The translations under genes were made by a program, and so were the position numbers. From contig JAVYME010000027.1 of NCBI GenBank assembly GCA_038736825.1, positions 1 to 15,165 on the forward strand: DNA of 15,165 nt. The letters are read 5' to 3'. Under the pieces are notes generated by a model that saw only the letters and a program-made list of their open reading frames with translations, was not told where the DNA came from and did no database searches. Shown piece by piece: positions 5,902 to 14,419 of the stretch; the stretch's first letter is position 1; every line of letters starts with the position of its first letter. Origin of the DNA: Candidatus Iainarchaeum sp. Its GTDB lineage: Archaea > Iainarchaeota > Iainarchaeia > Iainarchaeales > DTGL01.

Positions 5902-6555
5902 TTATTCTTTGGATGCAATTATTCTGCCAATTATTTCTGCAGCTTCATCGCAGGAGTCTGCTATTGCTTCCAGTTTTTTTACTGATTCGTGCCAGATATA
6001 GTATTGTTGCAGGGAAAGACTCAGGCTTGAATGCACAAAGTCTTCGCAGTGTTTTCTCCTGATTTCGTCAACTTTTTCTTCTGTCACATGGACTTCGTTC
6101 AATTGCTGTAATAGTTCTTCTGAAATGCAAGGCATGCTTTCCAGGACTTTTGCCAGAGCTTCCAGTGTTTCAACACTGGCTTTGCATATTTCCTGTAAGC
6201 CCTTGTTCAAGCTGTCCGGCAATCTTATTCCGCGAGACATTCTTGCTCTGTATGCAGTGGCTTCTATTGCCTTTGAGGTTTTGGAAAGCGCTTGGTTTAA
6301 TAAAAGCAAGTCCTGTCTGCTTTGAGAGTGACCGACATTTAGGATTTTTTCATTTAGTTTGGCGCTGTTTTTGCTGCACTCCTTTTGAATTTCAAGGGTT
6401 TTTTGGACAAGACTGTCGTGCTTTTTTCCCCTTAACTCCAAAATGGCTTTTTCCAAGAGTGCAGCGCTTTCAACCATTTTTTTTAGGTTTGCAAGCATTT
6501 CCTTGTAGATTTCGTCCTCTTGCATGTTGAAATAGAAAATTCTGCCAACCCTCAT
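5902..6555 (-). CDS. PhoU-like / DUF47-family helical protein (two three-helix repeats)
   Basis: All-helical sequence with repeated E..D-type segments (EIQKECSKNSAKLNEKIL; VHVTEEKVDEIRRKHCEDF). The C-terminal KKLEAIADSCDEAAEIIGRIIASKE resembles the DUF47/PhoU end motif. The ATG at 6553-6555 overlaps the upstream gene's TGA (ATGA). Confidence 0.6.
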   Translation of the reverse strand: MRVGRIFYFNMQEDEIYKEMLANLKKMVESAALLEKAILELRGKKHDSLVQKTLEIQKECSKNSAKLNEKILNVGHSQSRQDLLLLNQALSKTSKAIEATAYRARMSRGIRLPDSLNKGLQEICKASVETLEALAKVLESMPCISEELLQQLNEVHVTEEKVDEIRRKHCEDFVHSSLSLSLQQYYIWHESVKKLEAIADSCDEAAEIIGRIIASKE

Positions 6556-7751
6556 TTTTTTCTCCCACCATTCTTAAAGTCAGATTTCTTTAAATGGGTT
6601 TCCATTTCCCTTTTGACTTTTTTTAGTTGTATTGCCAGCAGGGGAGGCACAGCCAGTGTTGTCACAAACACCATCGCGGTTATTGCTGCAACAATTTCAA
6701 GGCCAAGCCCGTACGATGCACCTATGCTGGCAATCACGAGAGCAACCTCTGCTCTTGGAGTCATTGCAATGCCAATTGCAAGCGATTCATTCTTGGAAAA
6801 GCCGGAATAAAGCGCCGCCAGGCCACAACCAGCTGTTTTGCCAATAAAAGCCAATATAATCAATCCAATGGTGAAGGCAAGCATTGCATGAGAGAAAAGG
6901 GTTTCAAGCTGTAAGGCCATTCCTGCGGTAACAAAAAAGACGGGAATGAAAAATGATTCTCCGAAAACAGAAACGCTTTCAAGAAGGTCTTTGGAATAAC
7001 GGGATTGGCCGAGCACGAGGCCCCCAAGGAAAGCCCCTACCACCAGTTCAAGACCGATTTCTTTTGCCACAAGACTGTAACAAAGCGCTACAATTACACC
7101 CAGCAAGAGCAGGTTTTCAGGGCGAAAAGAAAACCTTTTTGCAAGGCGCTGGAAGGCTTTCATTACAATTGAAAGGGAAAATGCAAAAAGCAAGAGTGAG
7201 GCTATTACAAGAAACACTGTTTCACTCAAATGAACTTCCCCGCTTTTCACAATTCCGCCAAGAACTGCCAAGGCGATTATGCCGTAAATGTCATCTATTA
7301 CGGCGGCTCCCATTATGGTTGTGCCCATCCTTGTTCTAAGCATTTCTTTTTCGCTTAAAATTTCAGCATTTATGCCTATGGATGTTGCTATGAGGGCAGT
7401 TCCAGCAAAGAGCGCTTCAAACTGAGAAAAACCCATTAATAATGCAAAGCCATAACCCAAAAAGAAAGGCAGTAAAGCGCCTGCAGTTGTTATTACAAGG
7501 CTTTGCCTTCCAAGGCGCTTGACTTCTTCAAAATCAAGCGCAAGACCAGAGGAAAACAATAAAATTATCACGCCGATTTGGGAAATTAGCGCTATTGGTT
7601 GCAAAACCACTGAAAAGAACAGGTTTCCAAGTATCAGGCCTGCCAGCAGTTCGCCCAAAACAAGCGGTTGATCGAATTTCTTGCAGGCAAGCCTTCCAGC
7701 AAGTGAAGCCACTAAAACTACTAAAAGGAATTCAAGTGATGCTTCAACCAT
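6552..7751 (-). CDS. Cation:proton antiporter (CPA2, Na+/H+ exchanger family), membrane domain only, no RCK domain
   Basis: About 12 hydrophobic helices with a typical N-terminus LLVVLVASLAGRLACKKFDQPLVLGELLAGLILG. The ATG at 7749-7751 (MVEASLEF...) is preferred over the track's TTG at 7817, whose extra 22 residues are not protein-like. Confidence 0.85.
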   Translation of the reverse strand: MVEASLEFLLVVLVASLAGRLACKKFDQPLVLGELLAGLILGNLFFSVVLQPIALISQIGVIILLFSSGLALDFEEVKRLGRQSLVITTAGALLPFFLGYGFALLMGFSQFEALFAGTALIATSIGINAEILSEKEMLRTRMGTTIMGAAVIDDIYGIIALAVLGGIVKSGEVHLSETVFLVIASLLLFAFSLSIVMKAFQRLAKRFSFRPENLLLLGVIVALCYSLVAKEIGLELVVGAFLGGLVLGQSRYSKDLLESVSVFGESFFIPVFFVTAGMALQLETLFSHAMLAFTIGLIILAFIGKTAGCGLAALYSGFSKNESLAIGIAMTPRAEVALVIASIGASYGLGLEIVAAITAMVFVTTLAVPPLLAIQLKKVKREMETHLKKSDFKNGGRKK

Positions 7752-7851
7752 AAAGGTCAGTTCAAACAAAAAACAGGGAAAGGTTTTTACGCTGTTCTTT
7801 GGCTGCAAGCGCACCAATAGATTTTTTTATTTGTGGCAAGTATTTTTTATT

Positions 7852-8883
7852 ATGGCGAGAATAATTAATCCAAGGCGCACTTCCTTTGATTTGCCAGAAG
7901 ATTTCAAGCCTTACTCTGACAAGTATTTCCTTCGCTCTAAAGAACTCCTTGAACGAGAGGGATTGAATCCCTGCGTTAAATACCAGGTTTTTTTTCAAAA
8001 AGGACCTGGAATTGTGTGCGGCATAGATGAAGCGATTGCAATAATCCGCAAATATGCTGGTCCAGAGATTAAAATTCGCGCTTTATATGACGGCGAACCA
8101 TATTCTGCAAAGGAAACAGTAATGGAAATAGAGGGCAAAGTGCAAGAATTGATTGCTTTGGAAACAATGTATTTGGGCGTTTTAAGCGCTGGCACAACCA
8201 TTGCTTCATCAATAAACGAAATTTGTTCTATTGCAAAAGGAAAAGAAGTGTATTATTTTGGTGCAAGGCATTGGCGTTTTGATTCTGACAAAGAACTATC
8301 CTATGCTGCATGGGTTGGCGGTGCAAGCGGAGTGAGCACTGACATTGGAGCGTCTGCTTTTGGAGAAAAAGGAATGGGCACAATCCCACACGCCCTCGTT
8401 CTGGTTTTTGAAGACACTGTTAAAACAGCGGAAAAATTCGAACAACAGTTTGGAAGACAATCAAGAGTGATTGCACTAATAGACACTTTTAACAAAGAAA
8501 TAACAGATTCGCTTCGCACTGCAAAAGCCTTGGGTGAAAAATTGCACGGAGTGCGAATTGACACTTGCTGGGAAAACACCGGCGAAGGAACAAGAAAAGG
8601 AAAAGGCGTTACAGTGGAATTAGCCAGAAAAGTGCGCAAGGCATTGAACGAAAACGGGTTTGAGCACGTTAAAATTTTCCTCTCCTCTGGCTTCAATGCA
8701 AAAAAAACCAGAGAATTCATGAAAGCAGAAAAAAAACACGGCAGATTTTTTGACGCCATTGGCACAGGCTCTGTTTTTGACTTCCGGTTCGCCACTGCAG
8801 ACATTGTTGAAAAAAACGGAAAACCCTGCTTTAAAACAGGCAGGCCTCCAAAACCAAACCAAAGACTGCACTTGGTTGAATGA
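7852..8883 (+). CDS. pncB: Nicotinate phosphoribosyltransferase, archaeal (Thermoplasma-type) NAPRTase
   Basis: Motifs GTIPHAL, LIDTF, VRIDT, IFLSSGF, IGTGS and DIVEKNGKPCFKTGR align with the type II PRTase/NAPRTase family. The ATG at 7852 (MARIINPRR) is preferred, because the track's 57 upstream codons overlap the divergent antiporter gene. Confidence 0.85.
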   Translation: MARIINPRRTSFDLPEDFKPYSDKYFLRSKELLEREGLNPCVKYQVFFQKGPGIVCGIDEAIAIIRKYAGPEIKIRALYDGEPYSAKETVMEIEGKVQELIALETMYLGVLSAGTTIASSINEICSIAKGKEVYYFGARHWRFDSDKELSYAAWVGGASGVSTDIGASAFGEKGMGTIPHALVLVFEDTVKTAEKFEQQFGRQSRVIALIDTFNKEITDSLRTAKALGEKLHGVRIDTCWENTGEGTRKGKGVTVELARKVRKALNENGFEHVKIFLSSGFNAKKTREFMKAEKKHGRFFDAIGTGSVFDFRFATADIVEKNGKPCFKTGRPPKPNQRLHLVE

Positions 8884-9443
8884 AGGGATTGCCGGTGGAT
8901 TGCGCAATTATTGTTGTTGACATGCAAAACGATTTTGCCAAAAAAACCGGAGCGCTTTACGTTCCAAAAGGCGAAAAAACAATTCCAGTCATCAAAGAAC
9001 TGCTTAAAACAGCACAGTCAAAAAAAGCCCTGGTTGTTTTCACAATGGACTGGCATGAAAAAAACGACCCAGAGTTTTCCAGAGACAATTGGCCAAAGCA
9101 TTGCGTGAAAAACACGAGAGGCGCAAAAATAGTCAGTGAACTAAAGCCTTTCCTTAAAAACGCAAAAATTGTCAAAACAAATTTTTACGACAAATTCCAA
9201 GGCTCAAAACTTGAAGCCTTTTTGAAAAAAAAGCGCGTTAAAAAACTCTTTTTTTGCGGTCTTGCAACAGAATACTGTGTGAAATTTACAGCGCTAACTG
9301 CAAAAAAACTCGGCTTTGAAGTATTTATAGTAAGGAATGCCATCAAGCCAGTGAATTGCCATTGTGGTCGTGCAGTGCTCCGCGAGTTGTCTGGCAAAGG
9401 AATAAGGATTATTTTTTTAAAAAGTGCGAAAAACTCAATCTGA
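8880..9443 (+). CDS. pncA: Nicotinamidase/pyrazinamidase (isochorismatase-like hydrolase)
   Basis: IVVDMQNDF, DWH...WPKHCVKNTRGA and the catalytic Cys context GLATEYCV. ATGA overlap with the pncB stop at 8880-8883. Confidence 0.85.
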   Translation: MKGLPVDCAIIVVDMQNDFAKKTGALYVPKGEKTIPVIKELLKTAQSKKALVVFTMDWHEKNDPEFSRDNWPKHCVKNTRGAKIVSELKPFLKNAKIVKTNFYDKFQGSKLEAFLKKKRVKKLFFCGLATEYCVKFTALTAKKLGFEVFIVRNAIKPVNCHCGRAVLRELSGKGIRIIFLKSAKNSI

Positions 9444-9450
9444 AAAGCGC

Positions 9451-9455
9451 TTTTT
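9451..9455 (+). terminator. Short oligo-T (T5) directly after pncA
   Basis: T5 lies 8 nt after the TGA at 9441-9443, within the AAAAGCGCTTTT palindrome. Confidence 0.3.
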
Positions 9456-9470
9456 GTTGCTGGAGGAACT

Positions 9471-9513
9471 GAAATCGGTTAAAAAAAAGGGAAAGGCTTA
9501 AATAACCGATTTC
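9471..9513. repeat. Perfect 11-bp inverted repeat (GAAATCGGTTA ... TAACCGATTTC) with a 21-nt spacer
   Basis: Arms at 9471-9481 and 9503-9513, in the intergenic region between pncA and the surface-protein gene. Confidence 0.6.
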
Positions 9514-9610
9514 TTTAAATTATTGCTGTAGGAACTGTTTTATTATAGGGCTTTTTTGTCTTTGCTTCAAGCATTCCTTTCATTTTTTGTGTTTTAGTGG
9601 AGGTTTTTTT

Positions 9611-10819
9611 ATGAAGAAATTTTTAACTTGCTTATTTTTTTTTGGTTTTTTTGCTTTTGCCAGCGCAATTGTTCCAGCATATTATACTTTAAAGGTTGAT
9701 TCTTCCTCTTTCAAGCCTTCCATTGTTTATGCTGGCAACGAGGTTGCAATTGCAGTAAATGTCAGGAATATCAGCAATTCTGTGAAGATTTCTGATGTCA
9801 ATTTGCAGCTTTTGACTGGAACAAATTTTGAGCCTATTGAGACAGAGCTTTATTCTCAAGAGATTTTGGCCAATCAAACCAAAACCTTTGTTTTCAGGGT
9901 TAGGGCGAAAGACGGAATTGCCGCTGGCAATTATGTGCTTTCCCTGAAAATGCAGTACTTGAATGTTGGAGAAATAGTCAGCGATTATGCAACTATTTCA
10001 GTGCCTGTTTCAGAAATATACCGTGTTTCAATTGACAGCTTGAGGGTTTCAGATTATTACCCCCACATTGGCGAGGAGGTTTCAGTTAAAGCCAGAATAA
10101 AGAACACTGGCTCCATAGAGGCAAGGAATGTTGTTGTGGATTTTTCGCTTATAGGCGCAACCGATTTTGGAAAATTCATTGTTTTGTCTGAAACCAAGCG
10201 GGATTTGGGTTCAATTCAGCCAGGCAAGGATGTTGAAGTGGAATTCAAGCTTAAGCCAAGCCAGAAAATAGAGCCAGGGGTTTATTCTTTTAAGGTTGCA
10301 TGCAGTTGCCTTAATTGTGACAGCATTGTAGAGCAAAAATTCGCTCTTCACGTTTACGGTTACCCTGAACTGATAGTTTCAGGCATAGATTATTCCATAA
10401 AAGGCAAGGATACAAAAAACCTTGTTCAAGGCGAAACCTTTTCGCTTTCAGTGCAATTGGACAACTTGGGCAAAGAGGATGCGAAAAAGGTTGAAATAGA
10501 GGTTGTAGTGGATGAATCCATTGTCGGGCAAAGGAAAGCCTATGTTGGCAGCATTGAGTCTGATGACTCCAGTGCAGGCATTTTTGACTTTTTTGTGGCA
10601 GAAAACGCCAAAGTCGGCTATCACGAATTGCAAATAATAATCTCTTATATTGACGAGCTCGGAAAGCTTCAAAAAATCGAGGAAAAATATTCCTTGTATG
10701 TTTCCAAAATGCCAGAGCCCAGCCCTTACATTCCCTTTGTTTTCATAATAGTCATTCTTTTACTGGTTTATTTAATTATAAGAATGGTTTTAAGGCAGCT
10801 TGCAATAAGAAAGCTGTGA
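9611..10819 (+). CDS. Cell-surface protein: signal peptide, three CARDB/COG1361-like beta-sandwich domains, C-terminal TM anchor
   Basis: The ATG at 9611 is preceded by GGAGGT (9598-9603). Signal peptide MKKFLTCLFFFGFFAFASA. Three repeats of roughly 100 aa share the pattern ...G(E/N)EV.....V.N.G....N(V/L)..........(PG/AG.Y). The C-terminal helix is PYIPFVFIIVILLLVYLIIRMV. Confidence 0.75.
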   Translation: MKKFLTCLFFFGFFAFASAIVPAYYTLKVDSSSFKPSIVYAGNEVAIAVNVRNISNSVKISDVNLQLLTGTNFEPIETELYSQEILANQTKTFVFRVRAKDGIAAGNYVLSLKMQYLNVGEIVSDYATISVPVSEIYRVSIDSLRVSDYYPHIGEEVSVKARIKNTGSIEARNVVVDFSLIGATDFGKFIVLSETKRDLGSIQPGKDVEVEFKLKPSQKIEPGVYSFKVACSCLNCDSIVEQKFALHVYGYPELIVSGIDYSIKGKDTKNLVQGETFSLSVQLDNLGKEDAKKVEIEVVVDESIVGQRKAYVGSIESDDSSAGIFDFFVAENAKVGYHELQIIISYIDELGKLQKIEEKYSLYVSKMPEPSPYIPFVFIIVILLLVYLIIRMVLRQLAIRKL

Positions 10820-10843
10820 GACCTGCTTGAGGGCTTGGTTTGA

Positions 10844-11992
10844 ATGATAAAGCTTTCATTCCTCAACCTTTTCAGGCGCAAGAGCCGCACTTTCCTTTCA
10901 GTTTTGGGCATAGCAATAGGTGTTGCTGCAATAATCGGCATGATGTCAGTAGTGGATGGCGTCAAAGGCGAATACGAGGGCCTTATTGGCAGCATTCAAG
11001 GGGTTTGGGTTTGGGAAAAGGATGCAGTGGATAATTCCCTTTCAAGGATTGATGCTTCATATCAAAGCCAAATAGAGTCAATGCAGGGCGTCAGAGTGGT
11101 TGTGCCAGAATTATGGCTTATTCCCACAAGCATTGATGGAAAAACTGTCAGGCTTGCAGGCAGTGGCTCTATAATGAGCCCTCCAGCCATATATGCTGCA
11201 GACCTTACAGCATACAACAAGTTGCGCAACAATATTTGGATTGGCGAGCTTTCAGAGGGCAGCATGCTGGAACCAGGCGATTCTGGCTATGTTGTTGTGG
11301 GAAAAGGCCTAAAGGAGGACAGGCACAAATTTCTTGGTTCCACAATAAGAGTGAATGACAAAAAGTTTAAAGTGAAAGGAATTCTTAAAACAGAGTCGGA
11401 TTCTTTCAAAAACTTGATTTTTATGAGCATAGAGGATGCAAGGCAGATTTCTGGCACTCCGCCAAACATAGTGCACACTTTTTTTGTTGAACTTCAAAAT
11501 CCTTCAGAGGACCAGGCAATGGCAAAAAAAATGGAGTTCAGGCTGGGTGACAAGCTTGACTTCATGACAACTTCAGACCTTTCAAGTCTTTTTTCCGATG
11601 TCCTTGGCTCTTTCAACATTGTTGCCGTGCTTGTGGGCGGTCTGGCAGCGCTTGTTGCCGGAGTCGGAATAATCAACACTATTTTGATGAGCGTTCTTGA
11701 AAGAACAAAGGAAATTGGTTCAATGATGGCTGCCGGCTGGACAGGCGGCAATGTCATGAGAATGGTTTTATATGAGTCTGTTTTCATGGGAGTGCTTGGC
11801 GGCATTGCAGGAATCTTGCTTGGCTTTTGGGTTTCAATGGTTGCAAAAAGCTATGGATTGCCTTCAATAGTCACAGGGCAGGTTGTTGCAGGCTCTTTTG
11901 TTTTTGCAGTATTGCTGGGGCTTATTGCTGGAATTTATCCAGCATGGAGGGCAAGCAAAATGGATCCAGTGGAGGCAATAAGGAGCGGTTAA
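10844..11992 (+). CDS. ABC transporter permease, MacB/FtsX family (N-terminal TM, large extracytoplasmic domain, 3 C-terminal TMs)
   Basis: MIKLSFLNLFRRKSRTFLSVLGIAIGVAAII N-terminus and C-terminal FtsX-type region ILMSVLERTKEIGSMMAAGW...YPAWRASKMDPVEAIR. Confidence 0.85.
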   Translation: MIKLSFLNLFRRKSRTFLSVLGIAIGVAAIIGMMSVVDGVKGEYEGLIGSIQGVWVWEKDAVDNSLSRIDASYQSQIESMQGVRVVVPELWLIPTSIDGKTVRLAGSGSIMSPPAIYAADLTAYNKLRNNIWIGELSEGSMLEPGDSGYVVVGKGLKEDRHKFLGSTIRVNDKKFKVKGILKTESDSFKNLIFMSIEDARQISGTPPNIVHTFFVELQNPSEDQAMAKKMEFRLGDKLDFMTTSDLSSLFSDVLGSFNIVAVLVGGLAALVAGVGIINTILMSVLERTKEIGSMMAAGWTGGNVMRMVLYESVFMGVLGGIAGILLGFWVSMVAKSYGLPSIVTGQVVAGSFVFAVLLGLIAGIYPAWRASKMDPVEAIRSG

Positions 11993-12016
11993 AAATTTGC
12001 ATTTGGAGAGAAAAAA

Positions 12017-12751
12017 ATGGCGAGTCTTATAGAAGCAAGGAATGTCACCAAAAAATACAGAATGGACAAAGTGATAGTGGAAGCATTGCGCGGAGTCTCA
12101 ATAAAAATAGAAAAAGGCGATTTTATTGTGATTGTTGGGCCAAGCGGTTCAGGAAAAAGCACTTTGCTGCACATTTTGGGCGCGCTTGACAGGCCAACAA
12201 CGGGACAGGTTTTAATTGAAGGCAAAGATATTTCCAAACTGGATGACTGGAGCCTTGCAATGATTAGAAGAAAAAAAATCGGTTTTGTCTTCCAATCCTT
12301 TAACCTGATTCCCACCTTGAATGCGCTTGAAAACGTTTTAATTCCATTAGAGCCAGCCAATGTGGACATGACAGAGGGCATAAAAAGGGCAAAGAGCCTT
12401 CTTGAATTGTTGGACATGAAAGACAGAATGCTGCACAAGCCAGGCGAGTTAAGCGGAGGGCAAAGGCAGCGGGTTTCAATTGCTCGCGCCCTCATAAACG
12501 ATCCAGAAATCATACTGGCTGACGAGCCCACAGGAAACCTTGACACTGCCACTGGAAGAAAGGTTGTAGAGGCAATGCTGCACTGGAACAGGGATAGCGA
12601 CAAAACCTTTGTGCTTGTCACCCACGATCCAAGCCTTTTGGATTTCGCCACAAGAAAAGTGTACATAAGAGACGGACTGATAAATATTCAAGAAAACAAT
12701 AAGCCGAAAAAAAGCGCTTTTGGCTTTAAGGGAACTGAAAAAGGTGCTTGA
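12017..12751 (+). CDS. ABC transporter ATP-binding protein (MacB/LolD-type)
   Basis: Walker A GPSGSGKST, Q-loop FQSFNL, signature LSGGQRQRVSIARAL, Walker B ILADEPTGNLD, H-loop LVTHD. GGAGAG lies upstream of the ATG at 12017. Confidence 0.95.
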   Translation: MASLIEARNVTKKYRMDKVIVEALRGVSIKIEKGDFIVIVGPSGSGKSTLLHILGALDRPTTGQVLIEGKDISKLDDWSLAMIRRKKIGFVFQSFNLIPTLNALENVLIPLEPANVDMTEGIKRAKSLLELLDMKDRMLHKPGELSGGQRQRVSIARALINDPEIILADEPTGNLDTATGRKVVEAMLHWNRDSDKTFVLVTHDPSLLDFATRKVYIRDGLINIQENNKPKKSAFGFKGTEKGA

Positions 12752-13894
12752 ATGATAAAACTGGCGTTTTACAATCTTTTTCGCAGGAAAAGCCGCACTT
12801 TCCTTTCAATCTTAATGATTGCAGTCGGAGTTCTTTCCATAATATCGCTTGTTTCAATTGTTGACGGTCTTTTTGCGGACGTGCAGAGTGCAGTAGGACA
12901 ACTTCAAGGCATAATGGTTTTCCAAAAAGGCGGCATGGGGCCGATGTCCTCGCAATTGGATGAAGACTATAAGGGAAAGCTTGAAAGCGTGTATGGAGTC
13001 AAAAAAGCAGAGCCTGCAATAATGGCACTGGCAAAATCAATTGAGGGAAAAGGCATTGGCACTGACTACATGAACATGGTGCGCCTTATTGGAACCGATT
13101 TTTCGCAAGAGGTGAAAGAGCAGTCGGTTTCAGGGGTTACTGGCGAAATAGTTTCAGGAAGAGGCATCAAGCCCGGTGAAAGAGGCAAAGTTGTTATTGG
13201 AACAGAGGTTCAGGAAAAATACAACAAGTTTCCAGGCAACAACATTAAAATCAATGGAGAAAAATTCCAGGTTGTCGGGGTTTACAGGACTGGTTCAAAA
13301 ATGTCTAATTTGGCAATACTCATGAACTTAGACGACTTGCGCGATCTCATCGGTTTTCCTTCCAAAAAAGTGGCGTATTTTTCTGTTTCAGTTGACAATC
13401 CAGAGGAAATAGACCGAGTGGTAAAACTGTTAAAGTTCAAGTATGGGGAAAAACTCCAAATAGCCAACACAGCCCAGTTTTCTGAATCCATTGCTTCCGC
13501 GCTTGGCAATGTGAGAAGCATGGTTTTTGCAGTTGCTGCAATTGCGGCAATAGTTGCAGCTGTCGGCATAATCAACACAATGCTGATGAGCATAATGGAA
13601 AGGTTTAAGGAAATCGGTGCTTTGAAAGCAACCGGCTGGACAAATTATAATGTAATGGTGATGGTTTTGTACGAGTCAGCCTTTATTGGGGTTTTGGGGG
13701 GCATTTTGGGCTGCATTTTTGGAATTGCTGCCAGTGAACCGCTTTCAGAGATTGCTGGTTTTTCTGTTCTTGTATCGCCAGCGCTTCTCTTGGAGGCTTT
13801 TGCTTTTGCTGTCTGCATTGGAATAGTGGCTGGGCTTTATCCTGCCTGGAAGGCAAGCCGGTTTGATCCAGTGCAAGCGCTTGCAATGGAGTGA
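12752..13894 (+). CDS. Second MacB/FtsX-family ABC permease (paralog of 10844-11992)
   Basis: MIKLAFYNLFRRKSRTFLSILMIAVGV N-terminus and C-terminal MLMSIMERFKEIGALKATGW...YPAWKASRFDPVQALA. The ATG immediately follows the ATPase TGA. Confidence 0.85.
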   Translation: MIKLAFYNLFRRKSRTFLSILMIAVGVLSIISLVSIVDGLFADVQSAVGQLQGIMVFQKGGMGPMSSQLDEDYKGKLESVYGVKKAEPAIMALAKSIEGKGIGTDYMNMVRLIGTDFSQEVKEQSVSGVTGEIVSGRGIKPGERGKVVIGTEVQEKYNKFPGNNIKINGEKFQVVGVYRTGSKMSNLAILMNLDDLRDLIGFPSKKVAYFSVSVDNPEEIDRVVKLLKFKYGEKLQIANTAQFSESIASALGNVRSMVFAVAAIAAIVAAVGIINTMLMSIMERFKEIGALKATGWTNYNVMVMVLYESAFIGVLGGILGCIFGIAASEPLSEIAGFSVLVSPALLLEAFAFAVCIGIVAGLYPAWKASRFDPVQALAME

Positions 13895-13898
13895 AAAA

Positions 13899-14411
13899 CT
13901 ATTTTTTTTCCACTAATTCTTTCAGGCTTTTTCTAGGCGCCCTAAAAGGTTTTTCTGCAGCATAACCTATTGGAATGATTGATATTGGTGCCATGTTTTC
14001 TTCCAAATTCAAGGCTTTTGAAACCTCTTCTTCATCAAACGCGCCAACCCATACTGATGCCAAACCAAGAGCTGTTGCTGCAAGCTGGGCATAGCTTGCG
14101 GCAATGGTTGCATCTTGTATTGAGTAAAGGCTGCCGCGAGCACCATATCTTTGCTCTGATTTCTCAGGCAAAGAACAAAAAACAAGCAGTAAGGGCGCTT
14201 GCACTAAAAATTTTTGGCCAAACGCTGCAAAGGAAAGCTTTTCCTTTAATTCTTTTTTTTCAACTACGACTATTTTGTAAGCTTGCAGGTTGCCTGCGCT
14301 TGGAGCAGAATTTGCGGTTTCAAGTATTTTTTGCAGTTTTTCTTTTTCAACTGTCTTTTCTTGGAATTTTCTGACAGAATGCCTTTGCAGAACAGTTTCA
14401 AAAAAATCCAT
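13899..14411 (-). CDS. Nitroreductase-family FMN oxidoreductase
   Basis: The N-terminal RHSVRKF...ILETANSAPSAGNLQAYKIVVV is the classic nitroreductase signature. The gene lies 8 nt downstream of the P-type ATPase gene on the same strand. Confidence 0.8.
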   Translation of the reverse strand: MDFFETVLQRHSVRKFQEKTVEKEKLQKILETANSAPSAGNLQAYKIVVVEKKELKEKLSFAAFGQKFLVQAPLLLVFCSLPEKSEQRYGARGSLYSIQDATIAASYAQLAATALGLASVWVGAFDEEEVSKALNLEENMAPISIIPIGYAAEKPFRAPRKSLKELVEKK

Positions 14412-14419
14412 TTTTTTCC

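Noticed and set aside
5865-6062. 65-aa plus-strand ORF overlapping the tRNA promoter and the PhoU-like gene end
   Set aside because: A hydrophobic low-complexity translation antisense to a supported gene, with no SD.
6125-7339. Plus-strand ORFs 6125-6325, 6150-6530, 6520-6810, 6627-6914, 6632-6847 and 6953-7339
   Set aside because: All are antisense shadows of the PhoU-like and antiporter genes. They are Cys/Arg/Pro/Gln-rich and not protein-like.
8301-8927. 208-aa and 95-aa minus-strand ORFs opposite pncB, and the small ORFs opposite pncA (8911-9397)
   Set aside because: They are antisense to genes carrying clear catalytic motifs and have no motifs of their own.
11989-12666. 225-aa minus-strand ORF opposite the ABC ATPase
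   Set aside because: A shadow of a gene with complete Walker A/B, signature and H-loop motifs.
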